Part shown: piece after piece, positions 1 to 8,505 of the stretch
Numbering within the stretch: position 1 is the first letter of the stretch
Layout: the number at the start of each line of letters is the position of its first letter
The notes under the pieces: generated by a model
Told to the model about the DNA's origin: nothing
Database searches by the model: none
Seen by the model: only the letters and a program-made list of their open reading frames with translations
Source of the DNA: Pirellulales bacterium
Lineage (GTDB): Bacteria > Planctomycetota > Planctomycetia > Pirellulales > JAICIG01
DNA: 16,982 nt
NCBI GenBank assembly: GCA_040901675.1
Contig: JBBDYJ010000043.1
Span: 1 to 16,982 of the forward strand
Reading direction: 5' to 3'
Made by a program: the position numbers and the translations under genes

Positions 1-37
1 ACGCCCGACGCCTATTGACATCAACCGTTCCATCTGT

Positions 38-98
38 AAGGGCGAAACAAGGCGCCGCCGCCGTTGGCCGCCCTCCGGTTGTGTCGCCCTTCAGGGCT
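38..98. repeat. REP-like inverted repeat/hairpin downstream of the ferredoxin; may also act as a terminator
   Basis: AAGGGCGAAACAA (38-50) pairs with TTGTGTCGCCCTT (79-91) with one mismatch. The short palindrome GCCCTTCAGGGC lies at 86-97. Confidence 0.5.
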
Positions 99-127
99 GA
101 CGCTAATCTGCTTCCTTGTCCCTTCCT

Positions 128-481
128 TCAGGCCCACTCGACCGGCTGCGGCTGGACCGTGTCGGCGGGCCGGTTGCCCGCGTCCTTGCGGCCGCTCCCT
201 TCCAGGCGGCTGATGGCCCGGACGGTCATGTCGTGGTCGCAGACGATCTGGCAGCTCAGCCGCACGCCGCTCAAGCCCCGCGCCGCCAGCACGCTCTTTT
301 CAGCCACCGTCATCCGTTCCGGCTCGCCCGAGACGAACTCGACCCGGCAGGTGGTGCAGCGGGCGTTGCCCCCGCAGGCGTGCAACTGATCGATGCCCGC
401 CTCGTCCTCCAGCGCCAGGACCATCCGTTTGCCTTGCGGGACTTCGAACTCGCCCACTCCTTCGACTGTAAGCTTTGGCAT
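128..481 (-). CDS. 2Fe-2S ferredoxin (117 aa)
   Basis: Motif HACGGNARCTTC...RLSCQ (C-x5-C-x2-C...C) is typical of Fer2 domains. ATG at 481 is preceded by the purine-rich AAGAAGGGA and a promoter-like site, so it is preferred over the track's TTG at 556. Confidence 0.92.
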   Translation of the reverse strand: MPKLTVEGVGEFEVPQGKRMVLALEDEAGIDQLHACGGNARCTTCRVEFVSGEPERMTVAEKSVLAARGLSGVRLSCQIVCDHDMTVRAISRLEGSGRKDAGNRPADTVQPQPVEWA

Positions 482-527
482 GCCGGGCAATCCCTTCTTT
501 AGAAACCGCGGTTCGTAGAGTACGCGC

Positions 528-556
528 ATTATTCCAGCCGGCCGGAAACGCGGCAA
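528..556 (-). promoter_or_regulatory. Putative sigma70 promoter for the ferredoxin
   Basis: Minus strand reads TTGCCG-N17-AATAAT. Confidence 0.45.
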
Positions 557-561
557 GGCGG

Positions 562-591
562 TTGATCAATGGGCCGCCGGGGCCCTACACT
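562..591 (+). promoter_or_regulatory. Putative sigma70 promoter for the selenoprotein gene
   Basis: TTGATC-N18-TACACT, back-to-back with the ferredoxin promoter. Confidence 0.45.
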
Positions 592-644
592 AGGGACATG
601 ACCGCAGCTTGCGGTGTGCTTGGCCTCAGCAGAAAGGCTGACTG

Positions 645-1943
645 ATGCGCGTTCGTCGAATCGTTCCAGTGGGTGTCTGGATGGTTCTCGCCCTCGGTGC
701 GGCTCCGCTGCCTTGTGCCGGCACCGGCCGCGTCCAGGCGGCCGAAGCGTTGACCCGCGGGGTCTACGACCAGGTGCTCGAATTAGTGCGCCCTGAAGGC
801 ATCGATCAGCTTGTGGGCGAAATACCCTGGGGAATCGATCTTTGGCAAGCGCGGCGGCAAGCGGCGGCCGAGGGCAAGCCGATCCTGCTGTGGGAGATGG
901 ACGGCCACCCGCTGGGCTGCACGTGAAACAACGGCGTGGCGGGCCGTGCGCTCGCCTTTGCCGACCCAGAGATCATCCGCATGGCCAGCGACGATTTCAT
1001 CCCGGTTGCCGGCGACGACTGGTACCAGCGCCGGCGGCAAGACGCCGAAGGGGAGTTCTTCCGATCGGTCGCCGATCAAGGGCCGCGCAGGGGCGTTGGC
1101 GGAGCCACGCGGCAAGGCATCTACTGCTTGACGGCCTCGGGCAAGCTGCTGGCATACAAGAACGCCGGGCAGAACCCGCAAGTCATGCGCGAGGTCCTGC
1201 GGGACGCCTTGGTCGCCTGGAACCGCCTGCCCAGCGACGAGCGGCGGCCCGGCGCGGTGGAGATACCACCACTCGAAAGAGCCGACGATCGCTACACGCG
1301 CACGCTCGCCGAGGGGGGGCTGGCCGTCAACGTCTACACCAGGGCCCTGGAACGCAACGAAGACCGCACGCTCAAAACCTGCTCCACGCGCGGCACCGGC
1401 TACGAGGGGTTTGCGACGGCCCTGGACCATCTTTGGCTGACTGAAGCCGACGGGCGTTCGCTCGTGGCCGATCCACCCGACGAAGGGCAGGCATACCCGC
1501 TCGCCCCGCGTGTCGCCGAGCGAATCTTGCGGTTCCACCTGGTCGACAACACCCGCGGCGAGCCGCCCTTCTGGCGGGCCGACGACATCCGCTCTTCGCG
1601 ATTGACCGTCGAAATCGAAGCAGTCACGCCCGAACAGGTCCGCTTGCGGTTGGAAGGCCAGGCCCTACTGGCCACCGACGCCGACCCCGCCCGCGCCGAG
1701 CGCGGCTACGACGCCAGCCTGCTGGGTTGGATCACCTTCGACCGCAAAGGGCAGCGGATCGACGCGTTCGATATCGTGGCGCTCGGCGAGCACTGGGGCC
1801 AAGGGCCCTACACCCGCGGCGCCCGTCCGGGGCGGACCCCGCTGGCCATCGTCATGCAACTGACCGCGGGCGACAGCCCGGCCGACCGCGTGCCGCCGGC
1901 CGCGATGCGCAATCCGCAGGAGTATCTCTCCCCTTCAAGGTAG
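645..1943 (+). CDS. Putative exported thioredoxin-like selenoprotein, 432 aa, Sec94 encoded by TGA at 924-926 (CxU motif)
   Basis: ORFs 645-926 and 936-1943 share a frame and join as ...DGHPLGCT-U-NNGVAGRALAFADPEII... The thioredoxin-like pattern runs continuously across the stop (IPW..DLWQARRQAAAEGKPILLW...FIPV...GIYCLTASGKLL). A SECIS-like hairpin follows the TGA. The N-terminus looks like a signal peptide, and the GTG at 936 has no obvious RBS. Confidence 0.85.
932..963 (+). promoter_or_regulatory. Putative bacterial SECIS element
   Basis: Upper stem GGCGGGC (938-944) pairs with GCUCGCC (950-956), with apical loop CGUGC. Lower stem CGGCG (932-936) pairs with UGCCG (959-963). The upper stem starts 11 nt after the UGA and the loop 18 nt after it, with G at loop position 2 followed by U. 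Confidence 0.75.
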
Positions 1944-1959
1944 TCTCCATGGCGGCAGC

Positions 1960-3102
1960 TCAACGCTGAAAGATGGGCAGCCAGTCCTGCGGCACTTGCA
2001 GGATCAGCGTCGCCATGGCCGTGCCGTACTCCCCGCCGATAGGATCGCTCCAGGAGCCATCCGAGTTCTGGTGGGCGACCAGCTCGTCGCGGATGGCCGG
2101 GTACCAGCTCAGCCAGGCCGCGTCGCCCGCCTGCCACATCACCTGCACGGCATAGTAGTGCCCGTACACGTAGTAGCTTTCGCGGTGATACGAGCTGCCG
2201 CTGGGCACAAAACGGGCCAGGTAAGCCAGACCCCCTTCGACCACGGGGCCTTCGTAGATGCCGGCGCCGTTCAACGCCGCCACCGCAGCCGCCGTCCGGG
2301 CAAAACCGCTCTCGCCCCCGACGGCCGCCTGGTACATGAACCCGCCGTCCTGGTTCTGGCAGCGCTCGATATAGGCCACGGCGCGATCCATGGTTTCCTT
2401 CGGCACCGAGAGCCCCGCGTTGCGGGCCGCCCGCAGTGCCATCACCTGGCTGACCGTCACCGAGATGTCGGCCTGCTGCTCGCGCTGCGGCTGGTAGCGC
2501 CAGCCCCCCTCGGCATTTTGCGTGTTGATGATCAGGGCCACGGCCCGGTTCAGCTTGTCGCGGTGATCGCTCCGAAACGTCATGCCGTAGGTCTCGGCCA
2601 GAAACATGGTGCCGAACCCATGACCGTACATCGGACCATGCTGGTTGAGGTGCGGCACGTTGATGAAACCGCTTTGAGCCGTGTTGGCCAGAACGAAGTC
2701 GACGCACTTGTTGATCTCGGCTCCGTAAGGGCCGCGGCCGGGAGTGCTGCCGCCGGACATGAAGGCCATGCCCGCCAGGCCGCACACGCCCACGTTGTGC
2801 GCATAGCCGCTGGGTCCGAACGATCCGTCGTCCCGCTGCCCGCGGCTGAGGAACTCCAGGCCACGCTCGATGCTCGCCTCGGCGGCCGGTGTGATCAACT
2901 CGGCGGCGGTGCGGCCCGCTGCGGCCCCCCGCTTGGCCGGACGCTCCGCTTGCTGCGCCGGCAAGCGGCTGGGGACGAGCAGCAACGCTGCCAAAGCAGC
3001 CATGACAGACAGCGCGATCGATGGCAGGCGCCTGGCGGCCTGCGGTGCCGAAGCTGGGATCGCGAAGTACATTGCTCGAGCTTCCGGCCCGGAGGATTGC
3101 AT
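1960..3102 (-). CDS. Prenyltransferase/squalene-cyclase (QW-like) repeat protein, probably exported
   Basis: Repeated QxxDGxW/F motifs: QRDDGSF, QNAEGGWRY, QNQDGGFMY, QNSDGSW. Hydrophobic N-terminal segment and C-terminal LPIFQR. Start is uncertain (ATG 3102 or 3072). Confidence 0.85.
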   Translation of the reverse strand: MQSSGPEARAMYFAIPASAPQAARRLPSIALSVMAALAALLLVPSRLPAQQAERPAKRGAAAGRTAAELITPAAEASIERGLEFLSRGQRDDGSFGPSGYAHNVGVCGLAGMAFMSGGSTPGRGPYGAEINKCVDFVLANTAQSGFINVPHLNQHGPMYGHGFGTMFLAETYGMTFRSDHRDKLNRAVALIINTQNAEGGWRYQPQREQQADISVTVSQVMALRAARNAGLSVPKETMDRAVAYIERCQNQDGGFMYQAAVGGESGFARTAAAVAALNGAGIYEGPVVEGGLAYLARFVPSGSSYHRESYYVYGHYYAVQVMWQAGDAAWLSWYPAIRDELVAHQNSDGSWSDPIGGEYGTAMATLILQVPQDWLPIFQR

Positions 3103-3170
3103 GGACGCCTGGGTGCATTCTCCCACGATTGCCCCGCCGGGCAAGGAGGGTTTGTTTAGCTAGCCCTTTA

Positions 3171-3188
3171 GCCCGCGCAGCGGGCGGT
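3171..3188. repeat. Intergenic palindrome GCCCGC-GCA-GCGGGC (REP-like)
   Basis: Perfect 6-bp GC stem at 3172-3186. AGCCC...GGGCG architecture resembles the element at 79-98. Confidence 0.4.
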
Positions 3189-3270
3189 AGCCCTACTTTA
3201 TCCTTCCTCAACTTTTTGTCCCGTGAACGAGCGGCCACCGCCGCCATGACCAAACGTGGCACGTCGCGAT

Positions 3271-3299
3271 TTGGCAGACTGCCCACCGAGGTTTAGAAT
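3271..3299 (+). promoter_or_regulatory. Putative sigma70 promoter for the PSD1/DUF1501 operon
   Basis: TTGGCA-N17-TAGAAT about 40 nt upstream of the start codon. Confidence 0.55.
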
Positions 3300-3340
3300 G
3301 GCGCCTGCGGTCCCCAGCCCACCCCCAAGGCGCAGTGCGG

Positions 3341-6300
3341 ATGCCTCCAGCCTCGACGCGTATCCTTACACCGATCCTGACTCTCCTGCTTTGCACCGCT
3401 TCCTCGCACCCCGCGGCCGGTGAAGAGCCCGAGCTGGTCTTCTTCCGCGGAATCAACTTCAACGGGCCGCCGCTTCAGATCGACGGGCACGCTTGGGAGG
3501 GACGCGAGGCGGCCGGCGTCGCCACCAGCGATGCCGGCTTCGAGAACCACGCCGTCCCGCTGGCCCCCTCGACCGATGACGCGCGGGCCACGATGATCCG
3601 CTCCAGCATCTGGTCGCCCGCCGGCCGCAACCGCGTCGTTCTCGGCAATCTGCCCCCGGATGAATACCACGTTTATCTATATGTCTGGGAGGACAACGAT
3701 CCACAGACCTATTCGGTTTTCCTCCAAAACCATCCCGTCCTGGAGAATCACAACAGCGGCACGGCTGGCCATTGGCATAAGCTGGGGCCGTGGAGCGTGA
3801 CCGTCTCCGACGGCGTGCTCGAGCTGGCCAGTAGCGGCGGGCACGCCAACTTTTCCGGCATCGAGCTCTGGCGCCTCGGCGGGCCGCCAGTGCCAGAGGC
3901 CGACCCCGCGCTGGTGCAGCACTTCGATTCGGTCGTGGCCCCCCTGATATCGCGCAACTGCCTCGGCTGCCACAACGGCTCGGACAAGAAAGGCGGGCTC
4001 GACCTCTCCCGGCGCGAGGCGGCCATGATGGGCGGCGACAGCGGCGCCGTCCTGGTTGCGGGCGACACGGGCCAGAGCCTCCTCTGGCAGCGGATCGAAG
4101 CGGGCGAAATGCCGCCCGACGCCACGCTGGACGAGGCGGACCGCGACGCGCTGGCCGCCTGGATCGCCGCGGGCGCCACGTGGGGCACCAGCCCGATTGA
4201 CCCCTACCTGGTCACTACCGGCAAGCGGGCCGGATACGATTGGTGGTCGCTCCAGCCGCTGGCCGCCGCGACGCCGCCCGCGGTCCGCGACACCTCCTGG
4301 CCGGCCGGCCCGATCGACCACTTTATCCTGGCCCCGCTGGAACGAGCGGCACTGTCGCCCTCCGCCCCGGCCGGCCGCCGCACGCTCATCCGCCGGCTGT
4401 CGTTCGATCTGATTGGCTTGCCGCCGGCGCCTGAGGAGGTCGAGGCTTTTGTCCAGGATGAAAGCCCGGACGCTTATGCCCGCTTGATCGACCGGTTGCT
4501 CGACTCGCCCCACTACGGCGAGCGCTGGGCACGCCGCTGGCTCGACATTGTCCGTTTCGCCGAGAGCCAGGGCTTCGAACGCAACAAGATGTGGCCCGAT
4601 GCCTGGAAATACCGCGACTGGGTGATCCAGTCGCTCAACGACGACCTGCCCTACGACCAGTTCGTGCGCATGCAGTTGGCGGGCGACGCGCTGGCGCCGG
4701 ACAATCCGCTGGCCGTGATTGCCACCGGCCAGCTTGTCGTCGGGCCCTATGACCTGACGATCCAGAACGAAGGCACGACCGCTATGCGGGCGGTCGCTCG
4801 CGAAGAGGAGCTGGAAGGCATCGCGGGCATCGTGGCACAGACCTATCTCGGCTTGACGGTCAACTGCGCACGCTGCCACGATCACAAGTTCGATCCCGTC
4901 CACCAGGCCGAGTACTACCAGTTTGCCGCCGCCCTGGGAGGCGTGCGCTTCGGCGAGCGCGAGAGCCTGTCGGAAGCAGGCCGGGCCGAGTCCCAGCGGC
5001 AACGGGACGAGCTTGCCGCGAGGCTGGCAGCTCTGAAAGAACGTGCCGCGGCGATCGAAGCCACCGTTGCCGAGGTGGCCCAAGCCGCCCCCCAACCGGA
5101 GCGCGTCGGCGACGCCTTACAAGTTCTGTACAGATTCGACGAACCGGCCGGCGCGACGGTGCAAGACCGGGCCGGCCAGGATCAGCCGTTGAACCTCAAA
5201 ATCGGCGACGAAAAAGCTGTGCGCTGGGCCGATGGCGGCCTGGTCATCGAATCGCCCACGCTCATCGCCTCCGAGGGACCGGCCGGCCGGCTGACCGAGT
5301 CGATCAAGGCGGCCGGCGCACTGACCGTCGAGGCCTGGATCCGCCCCGCTTCCGCCCAGGATGGGCCGGCCCGGATCGTGACGCTCTCGGCCGATGCCGG
5401 CCGCCGCAACGTAACGCTCGGGCAGGCCGGCACGGCCTACGACGTGCGGATGCGAAGCACGGCCACCGACGAAAACGGCCTGCCCTCGCTGACGGCCGGC
5501 GGAGAGGGCCTCGATCTATCGAAACCGGCGCACGTGGTCTACACGCGTGAGGCGTCGGGCACGGCCCGGCTCTACGTGGACGGCCGCGAATTGGGCAACC
5601 GGGAAGTGGGCGGCGATCTATCGAACTGGTCTGGCGATTTCCGCTTCGCGCTGGCCAACGAGCTCACGTCCGATCGCCCGTGGCGGGGCACGCTGCACCT
5701 GGTCGCCGTGTACAGCCGGGCGTTGTCGGGCGACGAGGTCGCGCGCAACCACCAGGCGGGAGTGGCCGGTGTCTCGTTTGGCCCCGGCTATGCCGAGATC
5801 GTCGCCGCGCTGTCGCCGGAGCTGCGGCGCGAATACGACCAGTTGGTGCTGGCCATCTCCCAGATCGAGTCTCGCCGGACGCTGCTGGCCGGAGGCTCCG
5901 CGCACGTGGTGACGCCGCGGCAGCCCGAGTTGTTCCGGGTGCTGGCCCGCGGCGACTACCGCCAGCCCGGCCAGGTGGTTTCGGCCGGCGGCATCAAGGC
6001 CTTGGCCGGCGTGTCCGCCGATTTCGAACAGCCGCCCGATGCGCCGGAGGCACAGCGGCGAGTCCGGCTGGCCCAGTGGATTACCAACCCGAACAACCCG
6101 CTCGTCGCGCGGGTGATCGTGAATCGGCTCTGGCAGTATCATTTCGGCGTAGGCCTGGTACACACGCCCAACGACTTCGGCTTCAACGGCGGGCGCCCTT
6201 CGCACCCCGAGCTGCTCGACTGGCTGGCGGCCGAGCTGGTCCGCCGTGGCTGGAGCTTGAAGAGCGTGCACCGCGAGATCCTCTTGTCGGCCGCATACCG

Positions 6301-6889
6301 GCAATCTTCCGCCTATCGGAGCGAGCCGGCCGCCGTCGATGCCGACAACCGCCTGCTGTGGCGCAAGAGCCCGCTGCGGCTCGAAGCGGAGGACGTCCGC
6401 GACGCCATGCTGGCGATGTCCGGCGAGCTGAACCCGACCATGGGCGGCCCGGGCTACCGCGACTTCAACGTCAAGACCGGGCTCAACGAAGTATACGAGC
6501 CTTTCGACGCGGTGGGACCGCAGTACAATCGCCGCAGCATCTACCGCACCTGGGTCCGCTCGGGCACCAATCCCCTGTTGGACGTGCTCGATTGCCCCGA
6601 CCCGACCGTGGCCACTCCCAAGCGGACCGTGACGACCACGCCGCTGCAGGCGCTGTCGCTGTTGAACAACCCGCTGGTGAACCACGCGGCCGGGAAGATG
6701 GCCGCCAGGCTTCAGCGTGAGGCGGGCGACGACGCCGCCCGGCAAGTGGCGCTGGCCTGGCAGTTGGTGTATGCCCGGCCGCCGACCGCCGAAGAAAGCG
6801 CGTCGGCTGAGCGTTTCGCCTCCGAGTTCGGCCTCGATCAGTTTTGCCTGGCATTGTTCAACTCCAACGAGTTTTTGTATCTCGACTAG
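3341..6889 (+). CDS. Planctomycete cytochrome c / DUF1549 (PSCyt2) / DUF1553 (PSD1) protein with N-terminal beta-sandwich domain and inserted LamG-like domain
   Basis: Signal peptide; CLGCH heme motif; WWSLQP, PIDHFI, YGERWARRWLD and CARCHDHKFDP (DUF1549); RVIVNRLWQYHFG, PSHPELLDWLA, RRSIY and TTTPLQAL (DUF1553); LTVEAWIRP...ARLYVDG...VAVYSRALS (LamG). Start is ATG 3341 or GTG 3335. Confidence 0.93.
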   Translation: MPPASTRILTPILTLLLCTASSHPAAGEEPELVFFRGINFNGPPLQIDGHAWEGREAAGVATSDAGFENHAVPLAPSTDDARATMIRSSIWSPAGRNRVVLGNLPPDEYHVYLYVWEDNDPQTYSVFLQNHPVLENHNSGTAGHWHKLGPWSVTVSDGVLELASSGGHANFSGIELWRLGGPPVPEADPALVQHFDSVVAPLISRNCLGCHNGSDKKGGLDLSRREAAMMGGDSGAVLVAGDTGQSLLWQRIEAGEMPPDATLDEADRDALAAWIAAGATWGTSPIDPYLVTTGKRAGYDWWSLQPLAAATPPAVRDTSWPAGPIDHFILAPLERAALSPSAPAGRRTLIRRLSFDLIGLPPAPEEVEAFVQDESPDAYARLIDRLLDSPHYGERWARRWLDIVRFAESQGFERNKMWPDAWKYRDWVIQSLNDDLPYDQFVRMQLAGDALAPDNPLAVIATGQLVVGPYDLTIQNEGTTAMRAVAREEELEGIAGIVAQTYLGLTVNCARCHDHKFDPVHQAEYYQFAAALGGVRFGERESLSEAGRAESQRQRDELAARLAALKERAAAIEATVAEVAQAAPQPERVGDALQVLYRFDEPAGATVQDRAGQDQPLNLKIGDEKAVRWADGGLVIESPTLIASEGPAGRLTESIKAAGALTVEAWIRPASAQDGPARIVTLSADAGRRNVTLGQAGTAYDVRMRSTATDENGLPSLTAGGEGLDLSKPAHVVYTREASGTARLYVDGRELGNREVGGDLSNWSGDFRFALANELTSDRPWRGTLHLVAVYSRALSGDEVARNHQAGVAGVSFGPGYAEIVAALSPELRREYDQLVLAISQIESRRTLLAGGSAHVVTPRQPELFRVLARGDYRQPGQVVSAGGIKALAGVSADFEQPPDAPEAQRRVRLAQWITNPNNPLVARVIVNRLWQYHFGVGLVHTPNDFGFNGGRPSHPELLDWLAAELVRRGWSLKSVHREILLSAAYRQSSAYRSEPAAVDADNRLLWRKSPLRLEAEDVRDAMLAMSGELNPTMGGPGYRDFNVKTGLNEVYEPFDAVGPQYNRRSIYRTWVRSGTNPLLDVLDCPDPTVATPKRTVTTTPLQALSLLNNPLVNHAAGKMAARLQREAGDDAARQVALAWQLVYARPPTAEESASAERFASEFGLDQFCLALFNSNEFLYLD

Positions 6890-6900
6890 GAGACTTCGAA

Positions 6901-8334
6901 GTGATCCAATCACAAGCAACCGGCCGCCGGGGATTCCTGGCGCAGTTCTCGTCCGGCCTGGCGGGGATGGCATTGACCTGCCTGTTGAACCGCCCGGGCG
7001 GCGCCCGCGCCGCAACACCGGGCGACAGCGACGATCCGCCTCCGCACCATCCGCCCCGCGTCAAACGGGTCGTGCAGATCTTTCTGCAGGGCGGCCTCAG
7101 CCAGGTCGACAGCTTCGACTACAAGCCGGAACTGATCGCCCAGCACGAAAAGCCGATGCCGGCCAGCGAGCGGCCCGACGTCTTCTTCGGAAAAGTCGGC
7201 CTGCTCCACAAGCCCCACTTCGAGTTCAAGCAGCGGGGCCAGAGCGGCCTCTGGGTCTCGGACCTCTTCCCCCACCTGGCCGAGCGGGCCGACGAGCTGA
7301 CCGTGATCCGCTCGATGTTCTCCGCCACCGGCAACCACACGCCGGCCACCTACCTGGCCAACTCGGGCTTCAACGTGCTGGGGTTCCCCGCCGCCGGCGC
7401 CTGGGTCTCGTACGGCCTGGGGAGCGAGGCGGACAACCTGCCGACGTTCGTGGTGCTCGCCGACGTCCGCGGAGTGCCGACCGGCGGAGCCAACAACTGG
7501 ACCAACGGCTTCTTGCCCGGCCGGCACCAGGGCATCCTGCTGCGCAGCTCCGGCCCGGCCATCAACGACCTGTCGCCCGCCAAACCGATCGACGAGCGCG
7601 TCCAGCAGGCGCGATACGAGTTTATCAACGAGCTGAACCAGCGGCACCTGGGCCAGCGGGGCCAGAACGACGCGCTGGCCGCCCGCATCCGCAGCTACGA
7701 GCTGGCGGCGCGGATGCAACTGGCCGTGCCCGAAACAACCGACCTGGAACAGGAGACCGAGGCCACCCACTCGCTGTACGGCCTGGACGTTACGGAATCA
7801 GCCGACTTCGGCCGCAATTGCCTGCTGGCCCGCCGGCTGCTGGAGCGCGGCGTGCGCTTTGTGCAGCTCTGGTCGGGCGGCCCTTTCGGCGGCCCCACCT
7901 GGGACGCGCACGACGACGTGCCTTCGAACCACACCGGCGAATCGAGGCGCATCGACCGGCCGGTGGCGGGCCTGCTCGCCGACCTGCGGCAGCGCGGCAT
8001 GCTGGACGATACGCTGGTGATCTTCAACACCGAGTTCGGCCGCACCCCCTTCGCCCAGTCCGACGACGGCAAGCTGGGCGCCGGCCGCGACCACAACCAG
8101 GCCGGGTTCACGGCCTGGCTTGCCGGCGGCGGTTTGAAGCACGGCGTTGCCTACGGCGCCAGCGACGCCTTCGGCTACCGGGCAGTAGAGAACCCGGTCA
8201 GCGTGTACGACTTCCACGCCACGATCCTGCACCTGTTGGGGATCGACCACCAGCGATTGACCTACTATCACAACGGCATCCGCCGCCGTCTCACCGACGT
8301 GCACGGCCACGTCGTCTCGGATATACTCGCCTGA
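6901..8334 (+). CDS. DUF1501 family protein with Tat signal
   Basis: AGGAG RBS at 6888-6892 precedes GTG 6901. Tat motif GRRGFL; GGLSQVDSFDYKP, CLLARRLLERGVRFVQL, WDAH, EFGRTP, GRDHN, RRLTDVHG. Usual partner of PSD1 proteins. Confidence 0.93.
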   Translation: MIQSQATGRRGFLAQFSSGLAGMALTCLLNRPGGARAATPGDSDDPPPHHPPRVKRVVQIFLQGGLSQVDSFDYKPELIAQHEKPMPASERPDVFFGKVGLLHKPHFEFKQRGQSGLWVSDLFPHLAERADELTVIRSMFSATGNHTPATYLANSGFNVLGFPAAGAWVSYGLGSEADNLPTFVVLADVRGVPTGGANNWTNGFLPGRHQGILLRSSGPAINDLSPAKPIDERVQQARYEFINELNQRHLGQRGQNDALAARIRSYELAARMQLAVPETTDLEQETEATHSLYGLDVTESADFGRNCLLARRLLERGVRFVQLWSGGPFGGPTWDAHDDVPSNHTGESRRIDRPVAGLLADLRQRGMLDDTLVIFNTEFGRTPFAQSDDGKLGAGRDHNQAGFTAWLAGGGLKHGVAYGASDAFGYRAVENPVSVYDFHATILHLLGIDHQRLTYYHNGIRRRLTDVHGHVVSDILA

Positions 8335-8340
8335 ACGCGG

Positions 8341-8505
8341 GCGGGTGGCTGGGGCAAAGCGCAGCGTGCCCCAGTTGCGGCGGCGGGTGGCTGGGGCAAA
8401 GCGCAGCGTGCCCCAGTCGGGTTTTCGGGCGGGTGGCTGGGGCAAAGCGCTAGCGTGCCCCAGTTGCGGCGGCGGGTGGCTGGGGCAAAGCGCAGCGTGC
8501 CCCAG
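8341..8505 (+). repeat. Four tandem REP-like 34-bp palindromic units
   Basis: GCGGGTGGCTGGGGCAAAGCGCAGCGTGCCCCAG at 8341-8374, 8383-8416, 8429-8463 (one extra T) and 8472-8505. Spacers are 8, 12 and 8 nt, the first and third identical. GTGG precedes an 8-bp stem CTGGGGCA/TGCCCCAG. Confidence 0.9.

Noticed and set aside
924..926. Genome-wide UGA reassignment
   Set aside because: Other genes here end normally at TGA (ferredoxin, DUF1501, PVC protein), so any recoding is site-specific.
645..1943. Two separate genes or a nonsense pseudogene
   Set aside because: The stop is UGA at the redox-motif position with a SECIS-like hairpin, there is no other sign of decay, and the GTG at 936 has no RBS. 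Not fully excluded without homolog data.
6844..6900. Track start of DUF1501 at 6844
   Set aside because: It overlaps the upstream gene. GTG 6901 has an AGGAG RBS and places the Tat motif at the N-terminus.
1808..8453. Long alternative-frame or antisense ORFs (e.g. 1808-3286, 3677-5095, 5618-7018, 6717-8453)
   Set aside because: They overlap well-supported genes, are rich in Arg/Gly/Pro/Ala and lack motifs, as expected for shadow ORFs in high-GC DNA.
8341..8505. CRISPR array
   Set aside because: Spacers are only 8-12 nt, two are identical, and no cas genes are present. The structure fits REP elements.
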